Shown: positions 1-10,170 of the stretch, in pieces
How the letters are laid out: each line of letters opens with the position of its first letter
Numbering within the stretch: position 1 is the stretch's first letter
Made by a program: the position numbers and the translations under genes
Notes under the pieces: model-generated
The model's input: only the letters and a program-made list of their open reading frames with translations
Told to the model about the DNA's origin: nothing
Database searches by the model: none
Origin: a virus
Lineage: Duplodnaviria > Caudoviricetes
DNA: 64,000 nucleotides
Strand: one strand, 5' to 3'
IMG/VR virus record: IMGVR_UViG_3300000727_000007
Location: 1-64,000 of that record

Positions 1-183
1 ATGCCAAGATATAAACTCGAAGTCGAAGTAGATGAGGAAGACAGATATAAAATTGCAGATATGCTTGCAGAGAGATTGTCTAAAGATTACAGAGAGGTAA
101 CTGTACAGATAGAACTTCCTAGATGGTATCATATTATACGTAGTGTATACAGAAGTAAAATTAGCAGGATTAAAAATGAGTAA
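1..183 (+). CDS. hypothetical protein
   Basis: ORF coupled to the next gene. Confidence 0.6.
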   Translation: MPRYKLEVEVDEEDRYKIADMLAERLSKDYREVTVQIELPRWYHIIRSVYRSKISRIKNE

Positions 184-346
184 AAAACGCTTAATAGCCA
201 CTTCATCTATTAGTTTAGATATTAAAGTTGCAGAACATGTAGCTGAAGGGTGGGATGTATGTGAGGGAACACGTAAGGTTTCTTTACGTTATAATACAGA
301 TTCTTATGTACCAAAAAGAGTGTATACAGTTGTGGTGATTAAATGA
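176..346 (+). CDS. hypothetical protein
   Basis: ATG at 176 overlaps the end of the previous ORF; stop coupled to the next ORF (ATGA). Confidence 0.55.
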   Translation: MSKKRLIATSSISLDIKVAEHVAEGWDVCEGTRKVSLRYNTDSYVPKRVYTVVVIK

Positions 347-720
347 ACAGCAATTTAAAACTAAATTTGGAAAAATTACAGAAAAAAATTGAAAATGAGA
401 TAATTGATGAAGACCTATACATACCCCTTTATAACAACAATGGGCATTATGAGTATTTCATAGAAGTTAGTAAAACACATATTTTTCGTGGAAAACCTAA
501 AGTACGTTTTCATATAGATAATCCTTATACGCCAAAATGGTTAAAATTTTCACAATTAGACGGGAGACCGCTAAAATGGCTTTGTGATAATATTAATGAA
601 ATTTATCCTGGCATTTTAAGTAGGGCAAAAGAGAAAGCTAAAGCTTTAAAAGACGAAGAGAGGAAAAGAGCTAGAAAACTCGATAAATGTGCAACTAAAA
701 TCGAAGAGGTTTTAAAATGA
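343..720 (+). CDS. hypothetical protein
   Basis: GGTGA RBS, ATGA overlaps. Confidence 0.7.
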   Translation: MNSNLKLNLEKLQKKIENEIIDEDLYIPLYNNNGHYEYFIEVSKTHIFRGKPKVRFHIDNPYTPKWLKFSQLDGRPLKWLCDNINEIYPGILSRAKEKAKALKDEERKRARKLDKCATKIEEVLK

Positions 721-1136
721 GTTACGAATATCATAAATGGCATGAATTAAACAGACAAATCTCAGAATTGCAAATTCAAAGAGATAACATAATGCGTCAA
801 ATGAAAGTTTCTCTTAAAGAACGTTATGAGAAGCATATAGGCGGTAATATCAAAGTTAATGTTGGTATGTCTCAATGGCAAAAAGGGGATTTTGAGCTTG
901 AATTGTGGGATATCCATACTGGGTATAATGCTTTTAGAGACAGGGTTATTACAAATGAGACACCCCATGAAATTACCTATAATGATTTAGGCGCAATAAA
1001 AGAGACATATAACGCTGTGGACGTTTCTGTGCCATGTGACAGTAGAAAAAATAAAGTTACGATTTATGGATCGCAGTTTTTACTGAAAAAGCCAAATTTG
1101 GGCGCACTTAGTGATTTAGAGGTATTCGTTGAATAA
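717..1136 (+). CDS. hypothetical protein
   Basis: GAGG RBS, ATGA overlap. Confidence 0.7.
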   Translation: MSYEYHKWHELNRQISELQIQRDNIMRQMKVSLKERYEKHIGGNIKVNVGMSQWQKGDFELELWDIHTGYNAFRDRVITNETPHEITYNDLGAIKETYNAVDVSVPCDSRKNKVTIYGSQFLLKKPNLGALSDLEVFVE

Positions 1137-1137
1137 G

Positions 1138-1151
1138 CGATACCTTTATAT
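1138..1151 (+). promoter_or_regulatory. archaeal BRE+TATA promoter
   Basis: CGATACC-TTTATAT in an intergenic gap. Confidence 0.5.
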
Positions 1152-1230
1152 TCTCTATAATCCAATACTGAAATGCAGATAGATAACGTTTTATCATGCG
1201 GAAAAGTTCGAAAGTTTTTGGAGTCTAAAA

Positions 1231-1518
1231 ATGTTAAAAATCAGAATGAGAATAGATTCGCTTTCGGAAGAGTTTGCTTTTCAAACTCAAGCTGTAATCG
1301 ACCAGTACTTTTGCAGTTATGATCAATTGGTAAAAGCGACAAACAATAGTATAGATGAGTTAAAAATAGATTTCTACGATAAACTGCTAAAAGCAGGATG
1401 CACCGATGATCAGGTCTCCCTTCTATGGGATGACCTTTTAGAAAAGCTTTGTTATGATATCTGGGGATACATATCCCCAAGTGATCTAGAAGAAACTTAT
1501 TGCTGTTGTCCTTTCTGA
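1231..1518 (+). CDS. hypothetical protein
   Basis: GGAG RBS, acidic 95-aa ORF. Confidence 0.6.
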   Translation: MLKIRMRIDSLSEEFAFQTQAVIDQYFCSYDQLVKATNNSIDELKIDFYDKLLKAGCTDDQVSLLWDDLLEKLCYDIWGYISPSDLEETYCCCPF

Positions 1519-2189
1519 GAACGTAATACATAGTCGTTTAATGTGAGGATGTGGGTTTGTTTGGTTCCGTGTTCCATTTCGTGGTATTTTAATATCATAT
1601 TCATAAGAGCATCTGCTGCCGCGTTTACAGACATCCACACTCCTTTTGCTTTATATTCTAAAGCGAAACCACGCCTTACACGCATTGCTTGCATAGCAAT
1701 TAAATCTTCCATCATTTTTTTGGCATCAAAATTTTCAAGATAATTAGTAATAACACTTCGGTATTCTTCTTCTGTTATATGTTCTTCCATACCTTCAACA
1801 AGAAAACCTGGCTGTGCTACAGAGCCATCGTTTGTAGGTATAGATAAGTAATGTCCCTCTTTACTTACCATTAGTTGATTTTGTGTGAAACTTTCATCTT
1901 TATAAATTTCCAGCTTGCTCGCTAAGTTTTTAACTTGTCGGATAGTTAACTGGAATATATCAGCTACAGCTTTATCTGGTAGCATCTTATATGCAGTTTC
2001 AAACTGTTCTAATTCTTTAGTATCAAATTCATCGGGGTCACGTTTCCCTTCATTCTCAACTTTATGTTCCTTTTGCACCTCTTCCATAACAAAGGATAGG
2101 TCAATCTTTTCCCTGACTGCCTCTACCTTTTCTGGAGGTCTGTTCGTAGTTTTTTCTTCTGGTTGAGGTACTTCTTCGTTTTCTTCCAT
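1497..2189 (-). CDS. HTH-containing protein, possible terminase small subunit
   Basis: HTH-like segment (DKAVADIFQLTIRQVKNLA), KEGHY motif, helical C-terminus; probable start ATG 2189. Confidence 0.4.
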   Translation of the reverse strand: MEENEEVPQPEEKTTNRPPEKVEAVREKIDLSFVMEEVQKEHKVENEGKRDPDEFDTKELEQFETAYKMLPDKAVADIFQLTIRQVKNLASKLEIYKDESFTQNQLMVSKEGHYLSIPTNDGSVAQPGFLVEGMEEHITEEEYRSVITNYLENFDAKKMMEDLIAMQAMRVRRGFALEYKAKGVWMSVNAAADALMNMILKYHEMEHGTKQTHILTLNDYVLRSQKGQQQ

Positions 2190-2276
2190 GTTTAATACGC
2201 TGTACTGCGGTCTAATAAAGGTTTTTATAAGAAGTTTTAAATACTTCCTAAGTATATAATATGACAAGGTGATTTA

Positions 2277-2528
2277 ATGAGCGTATTAAATAACATGGAA
2301 GGAATTGATGAACAAGAATTAAATCAAGCAATAAAAGAGCAACAAAGACTTATCCTAGAAGTATTAGAGAAAAATAAAGTGATAGATGTAGTAAACATAA
2401 TGGCTTTACAAAATATCATAATTGCTTTCGCTATGGAAATGGAAGGAATTGATACGTCCCAAGCTGCCGAGTTGTTTGAATACCTAAGAGACTATTCTCT
2501 GATTATATTGGAAAATGCAGAGGTTTAA
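2277..2528 (+). CDS. hypothetical protein
   Basis: AGGTGA RBS. Confidence 0.65.
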   Translation: MSVLNNMEGIDEQELNQAIKEQQRLILEVLEKNKVIDVVNIMALQNIIIAFAMEMEGIDTSQAAELFEYLRDYSLIILENAEV

Positions 2529-2563
2529 ATAGTAGAAATTATAAATACATTTTTGGTGAAATT

Positions 2564-3598
2564 ATGACCGTAGAGGAAACACAGAAAGAGATAGAAAGAC
2601 TAGCTAAATTAGCAGATATGCCCTCAGAAAAAGTAAAAGAAAATTTCGAAAAGAATCTACAGTTTTATTTAGGTAAAGGCTTACCTGAAAAAGAAGCTGT
2701 AAGACGTGCACTTGTCAGAACACAAAACGCACTTAGAAAAAGGATTAAAATGCTATCTAAGAACGAAAAAGTTCCATACCTGATGCTTGCAAAAGGAAAA
2801 CCTATGAATATGGTTAAAAAATTAAGAGAAAGAGCAACAGAATATGTACGTGTTAATGGAGACGAAAAAGCTTTAGCTGATGGTTGGGTTAATGCTAAAG
2901 GTGAGTTTTTATATACTGATTTCAGTTGGAGAAGAGGTAAGCCTATCCCAGAAGAAGAATGGGAAGCTATTGGTTTAGCCTGGATAGAAAGAAAACGAAA
3001 GAAACAATTAGCACTTGTAAGATTCAAAGAAGATGCAGCACTAGCTGACATAAAACCATTTACTAAAGGAACAATGAGAGTTTATGTAAAAGAAGACATA
3101 AATGGCTACTTTGATGTGAACTGTACACCAGAACCTGAAATAGAAAGTGATGACATTGTAAACTTTGCAGAATATGAAAGCGAAATAAGCGAAAACTCAG
3201 GTGGATTATACCATGAGAACCTAGCTGTGCTTCCAGAGTTCCACGCAGCACTTGAAAATAATAAGAATTTAAAATTCAAAACTATATCAGTGCTTAAAGC
3301 AGACATAATTGACATAAAACCAACAGAAAAAGGTAAAATCGTTATAGGTATAGCTGATGATTCTTTAGAAGATGGAGAAACAATAGCTGCTTTCTTTGAT
3401 AAAGATTATCCTATTGATTTTGAAGAAGGAACACCAGATGTAACACTTACAGGACAAACTTTCTTAAACAAAAAAGGAGAAGTTTGTTTCTCAGTTATGA
3501 GCCATTGGTTAGATGACTTAGAACGTGTTGAAACTGGTGCAGAAGTACCAGTATCAAACATACAACAACCTTGGGGCTATGGGAGAGAAGAAGAATGA
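2564..3598 (+). CDS. replication-module protein, possible OB-fold ssDNA-binding protein
   Basis: Beta-rich C-terminal half with acidic tail; immediately upstream of a P-loop ATPase. Confidence 0.45.
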   Translation: MTVEETQKEIERLAKLADMPSEKVKENFEKNLQFYLGKGLPEKEAVRRALVRTQNALRKRIKMLSKNEKVPYLMLAKGKPMNMVKKLRERATEYVRVNGDEKALADGWVNAKGEFLYTDFSWRRGKPIPEEEWEAIGLAWIERKRKKQLALVRFKEDAALADIKPFTKGTMRVYVKEDINGYFDVNCTPEPEIESDDIVNFAEYESEISENSGGLYHENLAVLPEFHAALENNKNLKFKTISVLKADIIDIKPTEKGKIVIGIADDSLEDGETIAAFFDKDYPIDFEEGTPDVTLTGQTFLNKKGEVCFSVMSHWLDDLERVETGAEVPVSNIQQPWGYGREEE

Positions 3599-3801
3599 AA
3601 TATCGAGTACGTATATATCAAATAGAAATGATGACAGAGACAACTGTCGAAGCAGATAGCCCTGAAGAAATGGCTGAAAAAGTTAAAGAAGTAAAACCAA
3701 ATCTTGTATGGACTAAAGATATTGAAGATGAAATGCCAGATAGACATCTTCTAGTGTGGTGGGCTGGAGATGAGAAGAAAGGACAAGCAGGTGAGGACTA
3801 A
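3595..3801 (+). CDS. small protein, DpnD/PcfM-like
   Basis: MKYRVRI...VEADSPEE pattern; resembles 20169..20378. Confidence 0.5.
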   Translation: MKYRVRIYQIEMMTETTVEADSPEEMAEKVKEVKPNLVWTKDIEDEMPDRHLLVWWAGDEKKGQAGED

Positions 3802-4703
3802 TGGCATTTGTAGAAAAGAACGATAGAGTAACTCCTGATGTTAAAAAATCAGAGTATAATAAAATTAAACAAAAGTTAATGAAAAAGCCAGAAGAAATGG
3901 AGGAAACCTATATCAAAGCATTGTTTATAGGACGTGCTTCTACTGGTAAATCAGCTGTCGCTATGGACTTACTTAAGTTTATGAACCTAGAAGACAGAGA
4001 AAAGCTCTTTGTTATAGATATTGAAGATGGTGACCAGCCAAATACAATTACCTACCACCAAGATGAATATATGAACCAGAATTTAATCAGATATAATCCA
4101 TTGGAAAAAGATAGAAAACCTCTTCCAGAAGGTGGATACTTAGAAACAACAAACTATACTAAGACTGTTGAAAATATTCTGATAGCTGGTCAAGTTATAA
4201 AAGATCATCTTGACGCATGGAAGGTTAAAGGTATTGTAATTGATGGTCTTGCAACCTTACTTAAATTAGCTGAATGGAAGAACCCTGCGGAGAATTATCT
4301 TGGTGCAGACAATAAAATCAATGGAAAATATTGGACAGACAGAGCACAGTCCTTCTTTGAGATAATGCAATTCTACAAAGGTATTGAATGCGATACTATA
4401 TTTGTAGGTAATATTGATTTTGAAACAAGTGCATTAGATAAAGGACAGTCCAAAGTTTACACAGAAGCAACAGATACTGTATACCAGAAGGTTGTATTTA
4501 GTACCGAAGAACTCCAAGATTCATACAAAAGGTACTATGGTAAAATAGAGAAAAGTAAACAGAATATTAAAAGTTCTGGTAGAAGAATCAAATTCTCAGA
4601 AGTTGACTTAGAACATTCAGAAGCAGATTACTGGTTCGATGCAACAGAACTTTTAAATGCGTTGAGGCCTGACCCAAATGCACGTAACTCAGCAGATAGA
4701 TGA
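3801..4703 (+). CDS. P-loop ATPase (Sak4/AAA_24-like recombination ATPase)
   Basis: Walker A GRASTGKS, Walker B GIVIDG. Confidence 0.7.
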   Translation: MAFVEKNDRVTPDVKKSEYNKIKQKLMKKPEEMEETYIKALFIGRASTGKSAVAMDLLKFMNLEDREKLFVIDIEDGDQPNTITYHQDEYMNQNLIRYNPLEKDRKPLPEGGYLETTNYTKTVENILIAGQVIKDHLDAWKVKGIVIDGLATLLKLAEWKNPAENYLGADNKINGKYWTDRAQSFFEIMQFYKGIECDTIFVGNIDFETSALDKGQSKVYTEATDTVYQKVVFSTEELQDSYKRYYGKIEKSKQNIKSSGRRIKFSEVDLEHSEADYWFDATELLNALRPDPNARNSADR

Positions 4704-5151
4704 TACATATCTTAAAATGTGTTATCAAGCCAAAGAGCTAAAGGATTATTGGTCCCCAGAATTTGGGGACAGATTCTACCTTTGTTATGACCTTTATCAA
4801 AAACATACTGGTGGACGTTTAACAACAATTAAATATCTACATGGTGCAATAATGAAATATCATAGAGGCCTGTATATATTTGACCCAAATGATAATAATA
4901 AAGGGTTTTTAAAATTTGCTTTTCCAATACCATACCAAGAACAAATACAGGAAAAACTTTTAAAAAGAGTTCCTGTGATTACTTTACTTACTAATTTTAT
5001 GAACTTTGCAGTAAGACAAGGTAGTAAGTATTCAATAGAAGCATTATGGTTAATGTACTACTATGATGTTACCCACAACAAAGAGTGGGTAGACGGAGAT
5101 TGGACAAATATTAAGGAGGCTAAGCATGAGAGGTTCTTATATCGTTATTGA
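4678..5151 (+). CDS. hypothetical phage protein
   Basis: Coupled ORF. Confidence 0.65.
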   Translation: MHVTQQIDDTYLKMCYQAKELKDYWSPEFGDRFYLCYDLYQKHTGGRLTTIKYLHGAIMKYHRGLYIFDPNDNNKGFLKFAFPIPYQEQIQEKLLKRVPVITLLTNFMNFAVRQGSKYSIEALWLMYYYDVTHNKEWVDGDWTNIKEAKHERFLYRY

Positions 5152-5725
5152 AGGTATAGATGGATCTGGCAAGTCAACACTTGCTGCGAATTTAGAGAAG
5201 ATTTTAAATGAGAAGGAGGTTCCTATAGTTAGAGTATGGGAGCCTTACAGTGAAGAAATTAAAGAAATAATAGAACAAGTTAAACAAGATGAGCCCAGAG
5301 AAGAAGAAATAATACTTGCGAACCTGTTTGCAACTGATAGGCTTTTGTTACAAGATATAATAACTGATTATCTTACCGCAGGAATAAATGTCATCTCCGA
5401 CAGGTCTAAACTTTCAAGCTTTGCTTACCAAACAGCAGACCCAATGTACAATCAGACAATTAACAGTAAAATGATTGACCCTGATGTAATATTTTATTTA
5501 GATTCTGACCCAGAAGAAGCTGCAAAAAGATATGAAGGCTCTGATAAATTTGAGAATGTAGATTTCTTGAAGAAAGTTAGAGTATGGTATAAGAGATATT
5601 TACCTGTTATATCAGAAGAAGGACAAATTCCATTTGCAAGATTAAATGTAGACCCATTTACGGAGGAACAAGTTGCTGAATATTTCACTGGTGCTCTTAG
5701 AGAACTAAATATTATAGGTGAATAA
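5126..5725 (+). CDS. tmk: thymidylate kinase
   Basis: IEGIDGSGKST P-loop, WEP, LFATDR, ISDR..SSFAYQ. Confidence 0.93.
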   Translation: MRGSYIVIEGIDGSGKSTLAANLEKILNEKEVPIVRVWEPYSEEIKEIIEQVKQDEPREEEIILANLFATDRLLLQDIITDYLTAGINVISDRSKLSSFAYQTADPMYNQTINSKMIDPDVIFYLDSDPEEAAKRYEGSDKFENVDFLKKVRVWYKRYLPVISEEGQIPFARLNVDPFTEEQVAEYFTGALRELNIIGE

Positions 5726-5727
5726 CT

Positions 5728-6132
5728 ATGACAGCAGCAGAAGATATATACATTGAACAATTTATTGATACACCAGAGGCATTAAGGGTTGTAAGATTCT
5801 GGGACAAAGACGACGGTGGAGCAATGATTTACTGTTCCTTAGACCGTATAACCCCAGAATATTTAAAGCTCCCAATGATGCACCCGATAGGTATGCAAGA
5901 TGATAATAACAAAATGATATACATCGGGGACTTACTTAAAGTTATAATAGAAACTGAAAAGTATGGTAAAATAGAAAGAATTGGTGTAGTAAGGAGACAA
6001 GGGTTGTACGCATGTGGAATAGATTATATAGACAAAAACGGCAAAGTTACACAAGACGGAGATTTTATAGACGAATTTTATATTGTTGAAAAATATATCG
6101 TAGGGGATATATTTAATGGGGTGGATTTATGA
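5728..6132 (+). CDS. YopX-like protein
   Basis: RFWDK...GMQDDNNKMIYIGDLL...VGDIF pattern. Confidence 0.7.
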   Translation: MTAAEDIYIEQFIDTPEALRVVRFWDKDDGGAMIYCSLDRITPEYLKLPMMHPIGMQDDNNKMIYIGDLLKVIIETEKYGKIERIGVVRRQGLYACGIDYIDKNGKVTQDGDFIDEFYIVEKYIVGDIFNGVDL

Positions 6133-6722
6133 TACTTCCAGATTGGACGTTGAAATCTCTTATGTATTCAGGTGCAATCGATGTCGCCCCAATCGAAGAT
6201 ATACAAATACAATCAGCTTCAATTGATTTGAGGCTAGATGATTCTTTTTTAGAAATAGAAGGCAACACTTCTGAAAAAATTAGAGGTGGTTTTACTTTTA
6301 TGGATGTTCCTGTTATAGATTTAGACGAAGAAGTTAAATACAAGGAACACACATTACCATATATAGGACCGAATCAATTCCTCTTAGGGACAACCGTAGA
6401 AACGGTTAAACTACCAGCAGATATTGGAGCTATAGTTTGTGGCCGTAGTTCTATAGGACGTGCCGGTTTATGTGTAGAAAATGCAGGATGGATTGACCCT
6501 GGTTTTGAAGGTAAAATAACTTTAGAACTTCAAAACATTGCTCCTCATGCAATCAAAAAACCAATAGGTAAAAGAGTTTGCCAGATAATATTCATTGGTC
6601 TTTCTGGTAAATGTGAAAAGCCTTATGGTTGTGAGGAAATAGGAAGCAAATATCAAGGGCAAGACAATGTAACAGGTAGTAAAATACATATGGACGGTGA
6701 ATTAAATGACAAGCAGGACTGA
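6129..6722 (+). CDS. dcd: dCTP deaminase
   Basis: IQSASIDLRL, GRSSIGRAGL, AGWIDPGFEGKITLEL, KYQGQ. Confidence 0.93.
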   Translation: MILPDWTLKSLMYSGAIDVAPIEDIQIQSASIDLRLDDSFLEIEGNTSEKIRGGFTFMDVPVIDLDEEVKYKEHTLPYIGPNQFLLGTTVETVKLPADIGAIVCGRSSIGRAGLCVENAGWIDPGFEGKITLELQNIAPHAIKKPIGKRVCQIIFIGLSGKCEKPYGCEEIGSKYQGQDNVTGSKIHMDGELNDKQD

Positions 6723-6957
6723 AAAGATAATTAGAAGTGCAGGATATGATAAATTAAAGGTATATTCTCCTGAAGAAGGGGATATGCATGTGTTGGAAGT
6801 TTACAGCAAAGTAAGAGATTCAACAGACGTGCATATCTATTTCGTAGATAATAATGGTAAAAGATGGGCTTTAGCCCCTGCACTTTCAGAGATGGTATTT
6901 ATTGAATGTGCAGAAGGTGCCGAACTTCCAGTTAACTTTAGGAGGATAGGACAATGA
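6706..6957 (+). CDS. hypothetical protein
   Basis: Coupled ORF with RBS. Confidence 0.6.
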   Translation: MTSRTEKIIRSAGYDKLKVYSPEEGDMHVLEVYSKVRDSTDVHIYFVDNNGKRWALAPALSEMVFIECAEGAELPVNFRRIGQ

Positions 6958-7178
6958 CTATGAAAGGCTTTTATGATAGAGAAGAAGTTGCTAAAGAATT
7001 AGCCGGATATATTGCAATGATGGGTAAATATTTAGCACCAGAAGGGTTAGCTAAAGACCTTTTAGATATTATGGAGATAAAATACAAACTACCATTAACA
7101 AATAAACCAAATTATCTTGCTCTTTGGAGAGAAGATTGGCTGGAGATTTCAAATGAAGGAATTAGCGAATCAAAATGA
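6954..7178 (+). CDS. hypothetical protein
   Basis: Coupled ORF, GGAGG RBS. Confidence 0.6.
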   Translation: MTMKGFYDREEVAKELAGYIAMMGKYLAPEGLAKDLLDIMEIKYKLPLTNKPNYLALWREDWLEISNEGISESK

Positions 7179-7320
7179 GGCATGCCGTTCTTTACGAATG
7201 AAAAAAATTACAAAAATAGTTCGAGTGTGTGAGTTTTGTTTTAACTCACGCTTTGATTATATCGGTGACGGTAAACGTCGATGTAAAAAATGTGGTCAAA
7301 TATATTATGACAGGGTGTAA
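7153..7320 (+). CDS. small zinc-ribbon protein
   Basis: CEFC...CKKC. Confidence 0.55.
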   Translation: MKELANQNEACRSLRMKKITKIVRVCEFCFNSRFDYIGDGKRRCKKCGQIYYDRV

Positions 7321-7322
7321 AA

Positions 7323-7472
7323 ATGTATGAAGATTTAATTGAGAAGATTAAAGCTAAAATTATAGCAACACAAAACGAAGACGAATCATTTGATGGACAT
7401 TTTGATTCAGCACAAAGGCATGGAAAGGTACTTGCATATAAGAGTGTTTTAAAAATGATTGAGGAATTATAA
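7323..7472 (+). CDS. small hypothetical protein (not in ORF track)
   Basis: 49-aa ORF MYEDLIEKIK..., GGGTG RBS, TAATG coupling. Confidence 0.55.
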   Translation: MYEDLIEKIKAKIIATQNEDESFDGHFDSAQRHGKVLAYKSVLKMIEEL

Positions 7473-7660
7473 TGTGGCCTTTTAAAAAAAGAGATACTAT
7501 TGGACAAGTTATGTTGTTAACTCGTGAAATCGGATTTCTTGAATGTAAACTTCAATTAAGAGAGAAAGAGATAGAAGAGTTAAAAGAAAAATTAAAGCGC
7601 AAAGATAAAGGATTTAGATCATTACAAAGAAAATATGAAAAGGTGAGAACAAATGTTTGA
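7472..7660 (+). CDS. coiled-coil hypothetical protein
   Basis: Coupled ORF. Confidence 0.55.
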   Translation: MWPFKKRDTIGQVMLLTREIGFLECKLQLREKEIEELKEKLKRKDKGFRSLQRKYEKVRTNV

Positions 7661-7955
7661 ATTAGGCATGCAAGCAATGGAAATAGGATTTTTTGGAGTA
7701 ATAGGAGTAGCAATAGCTGTAGCATTAGCATGGCTATCAACATATGTTGTAAGTAAAATCTTATCTATATTATGGCCAGCACCTATTCCTACAATAGAAG
7801 AAGCCATAGAACAAGCTAATCAGGAATATGGAGACACTCCACAAATAAGAGATGAATTTTCAGCTCAACTAAACGAAAATATTGAACTGTATGGTGAAGA
7901 ACCAAATACAAAACCAAGCAGACCATTACCTAAAGTCGTAAGAAGAAAAAGGTGA
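7653..7955 (+). CDS. membrane-anchored hypothetical protein
   Basis: N-terminal hydrophobic helix; AGGTGA RBS. Confidence 0.65.
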   Translation: MFELGMQAMEIGFFGVIGVAIAVALAWLSTYVVSKILSILWPAPIPTIEEAIEQANQEYGDTPQIRDEFSAQLNENIELYGEEPNTKPSRPLPKVVRRKR

Positions 7956-7959
7956 GGCA

Positions 7960-9537
7960 ATGAATTTAATAGAGGACATTATTAATTGTAAAAGATGTGA
8001 ATTACATGCGACTGCAACCCACAAAGTGCTTGGAAGAGGATCTCAAACCCCAAAAGTTTTATTTATCGGCGAAGCTCCTGGAGAACAAGAAGACAAAACT
8101 GGATCTCCTTTTTGCGGTCCATCTGGACAAATGCTCACACGATGGATTGAGGCTCTCGGTTTCAGAGATGAGGACTATGCTGTCATTAATATGCTCAAGT
8201 GCCGTCCCCCTCAAAATACTGATCCAACCAGAGAACAAATTGTTGCATGTAAAGAATGGCTTGAACGACAAATTGAGACACTTAACCCAGACATTATATT
8301 CTTAATTGGAAGATTCGCAGCAAAAGAAGTTGGCGGTTTTACCACAGGTATTACAACTCTAGCCGGGGATATATACGAACAACAAGATAAAATTGTTATC
8401 CCCTTCCCACATCCATCATATTATCTCAGAAGAGGAGGTATAGGTTGGGAAGAACCACTAGAAAGTGTAAGAAATAAACTTGAATTGATAGAGCAACGAG
8501 AAACTGTTAACGAAGAACTATTACAAGGTACTGAAAATGCAGTACAATTCGAGCAAGAAATGGAAGCTGTGACAGAAAGGGTTAATTTCATACAACCTCT
8601 AACAATCGTTGAGACTGGAGGGGTAGCTGCCACATCTGAAAATTTTGATAATTTATCTCAAGTTGGTATGAGAACAACAGGTAAGCAAAATTATGTGCCG
8701 ATTCATATGCATACAACTTATTCAATACAAGATTGTGCTTTACGTATAGATGAGCTAGCTAAATGGGCTAAAGAAAAAGGTTTTGAAGCTTTAGGAATAA
8801 CAGATCACGGAACTATTGGTGGTTGGGTAGAGTTCCAGAATGCCTGTGAAGAAAATGATGTAAAACCATTACTTGGTGTAGAGTTGTATATCGTAGACAG
8901 TTATGAAAGAAAAGATAGGTACAGAGAACACATAGTTGCAATAGCAAAGAACTGGAATGGTATACAAAGTATCTTTAAAATGGTCGACCGTGCACACAGA
9001 GTAGGTTATCACTATGAAGGTAGGATAAGCTATGATGATTTCATGGAACTTGCTGAAGATGTAGTAGTACTATCAGCATGTGTCGCAGGTATAATTTCTC
9101 AATGTATTATACGAGAAGAATATGATAAAGCTGAGGAGTGGGCTGTAGCATTTAAAGAACGCTTCGGAGACGATTTCTATATAGAAATACAACCACATAA
9201 CTTTGACCAACAAAATAAAACTAACCCATATCTGATAAAATTAGCTAAAAAATTAGATATTCCTATAGTTGTTACTACTGATGTCCACTATTTAACCCCA
9301 GAATATAAAGAATCGAATGATAAACTTCACGAGATATTTCATAGGAATGCTAACTCCGTAGAAACAAACTACACACCAGAAGATAATATGCTAGAGCCTT
9401 TATTTAATGAAGTGGGTGTAGATTTTGAAACAGTTAATAATGCTATGTATAACACTTTAAAGATAGCAGAAAAATGTAATGCAAAACTTAAACGTTATGA
9501 TAATGCTTTACCGCAGGTGAAATATGATGACGATTAG
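7960..9537 (+). CDS. family-4 uracil-DNA glycosylase fused to the PHP domain of DNA polymerase III alpha (N-terminal part of a split DnaE)
   Basis: UDG: CKRC, GEAPG, KCRPP, HPS. PHP: IHMHTTYS, ITDHG, GVE, LSAC, TTDVHY. Confidence 0.9.
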   Translation: MNLIEDIINCKRCELHATATHKVLGRGSQTPKVLFIGEAPGEQEDKTGSPFCGPSGQMLTRWIEALGFRDEDYAVINMLKCRPPQNTDPTREQIVACKEWLERQIETLNPDIIFLIGRFAAKEVGGFTTGITTLAGDIYEQQDKIVIPFPHPSYYLRRGGIGWEEPLESVRNKLELIEQRETVNEELLQGTENAVQFEQEMEAVTERVNFIQPLTIVETGGVAATSENFDNLSQVGMRTTGKQNYVPIHMHTTYSIQDCALRIDELAKWAKEKGFEALGITDHGTIGGWVEFQNACEENDVKPLLGVELYIVDSYERKDRYREHIVAIAKNWNGIQSIFKMVDRAHRVGYHYEGRISYDDFMELAEDVVVLSACVAGIISQCIIREEYDKAEEWAVAFKERFGDDFYIEIQPHNFDQQNKTNPYLIKLAKKLDIPIVVTTDVHYLTPEYKESNDKLHEIFHRNANSVETNYTPEDNMLEPLFNEVGVDFETVNNAMYNTLKIAEKCNAKLKRYDNALPQVKYDDD

Positions 9538-9829
9538 AGGAAACGCTAGGGGATATGACTATGAAAGATATCAACAAGAAAACTTCGAAAGATTACATAT
9601 AGGTACATACTTAGGAGTAAGTATCTCTGTTGGATTAAAAGAAGGTTTCAATATGCCATGTGCAAGATGTGGTAAATTACCTGATTCAAATGGACATGAT
9701 GCATGCTTAGGAGAATTGCCGGGCGTGATAGCTGCATGTTGTGGTCATGGTAGTAAGAAGAATTATAACAGTTATATTGTTTTTGAAAATGGTATAACTA
9801 TAAGAGGGATTTTTAAGGTGGATAAATGA
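9524..9829 (+). CDS. Cys/His-rich hypothetical phage protein
   Basis: CARC...GHDACLGELPGVIAACCGHG. Confidence 0.65.
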   Translation: MMTIRGNARGYDYERYQQENFERLHIGTYLGVSISVGLKEGFNMPCARCGKLPDSNGHDACLGELPGVIAACCGHGSKKNYNSYIVFENGITIRGIFKVDK

Positions 9830-10170
9830 AAAGAATTTTTATTAGTGGGGCGTTAAACTCCAACTCTGTAGGATTTCTTAAGAATGTAAGAAAGATGAAC
9901 CAAGTGACTGGTGCTGTAAGAAAATTGGGTGTAAGATATTACAATCCAATAGATGATTTATTAACATCCTTGATTTGTGGATGTGAAGAACATCAATCCT
10001 TTTTAGAATGGGATTTAATGGAACTGGAATATTGTGATGCATTACTTTTAGTACCAGGTTATGAGAATAGTCCTGGTGTTAAAGGAGAAAGGGAGAAAGC
10101 TAAATCACTTGGCCTGCCTGAATTTAAATGTATATGTGAATTAAAGAAATGGTTGGAGTTAAATGACTAA
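9826..10170 (+). CDS. nucleoside deoxyribosyltransferase-like (DUF4406-type) protein
   Basis: IFISG...YNP...D..L..CDA..L.PG.ENS.G...E. Confidence 0.7.
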   Translation: MKRIFISGALNSNSVGFLKNVRKMNQVTGAVRKLGVRYYNPIDDLLTSLICGCEEHQSFLEWDLMELEYCDALLLVPGYENSPGVKGEREKAKSLGLPEFKCICELKKWLELND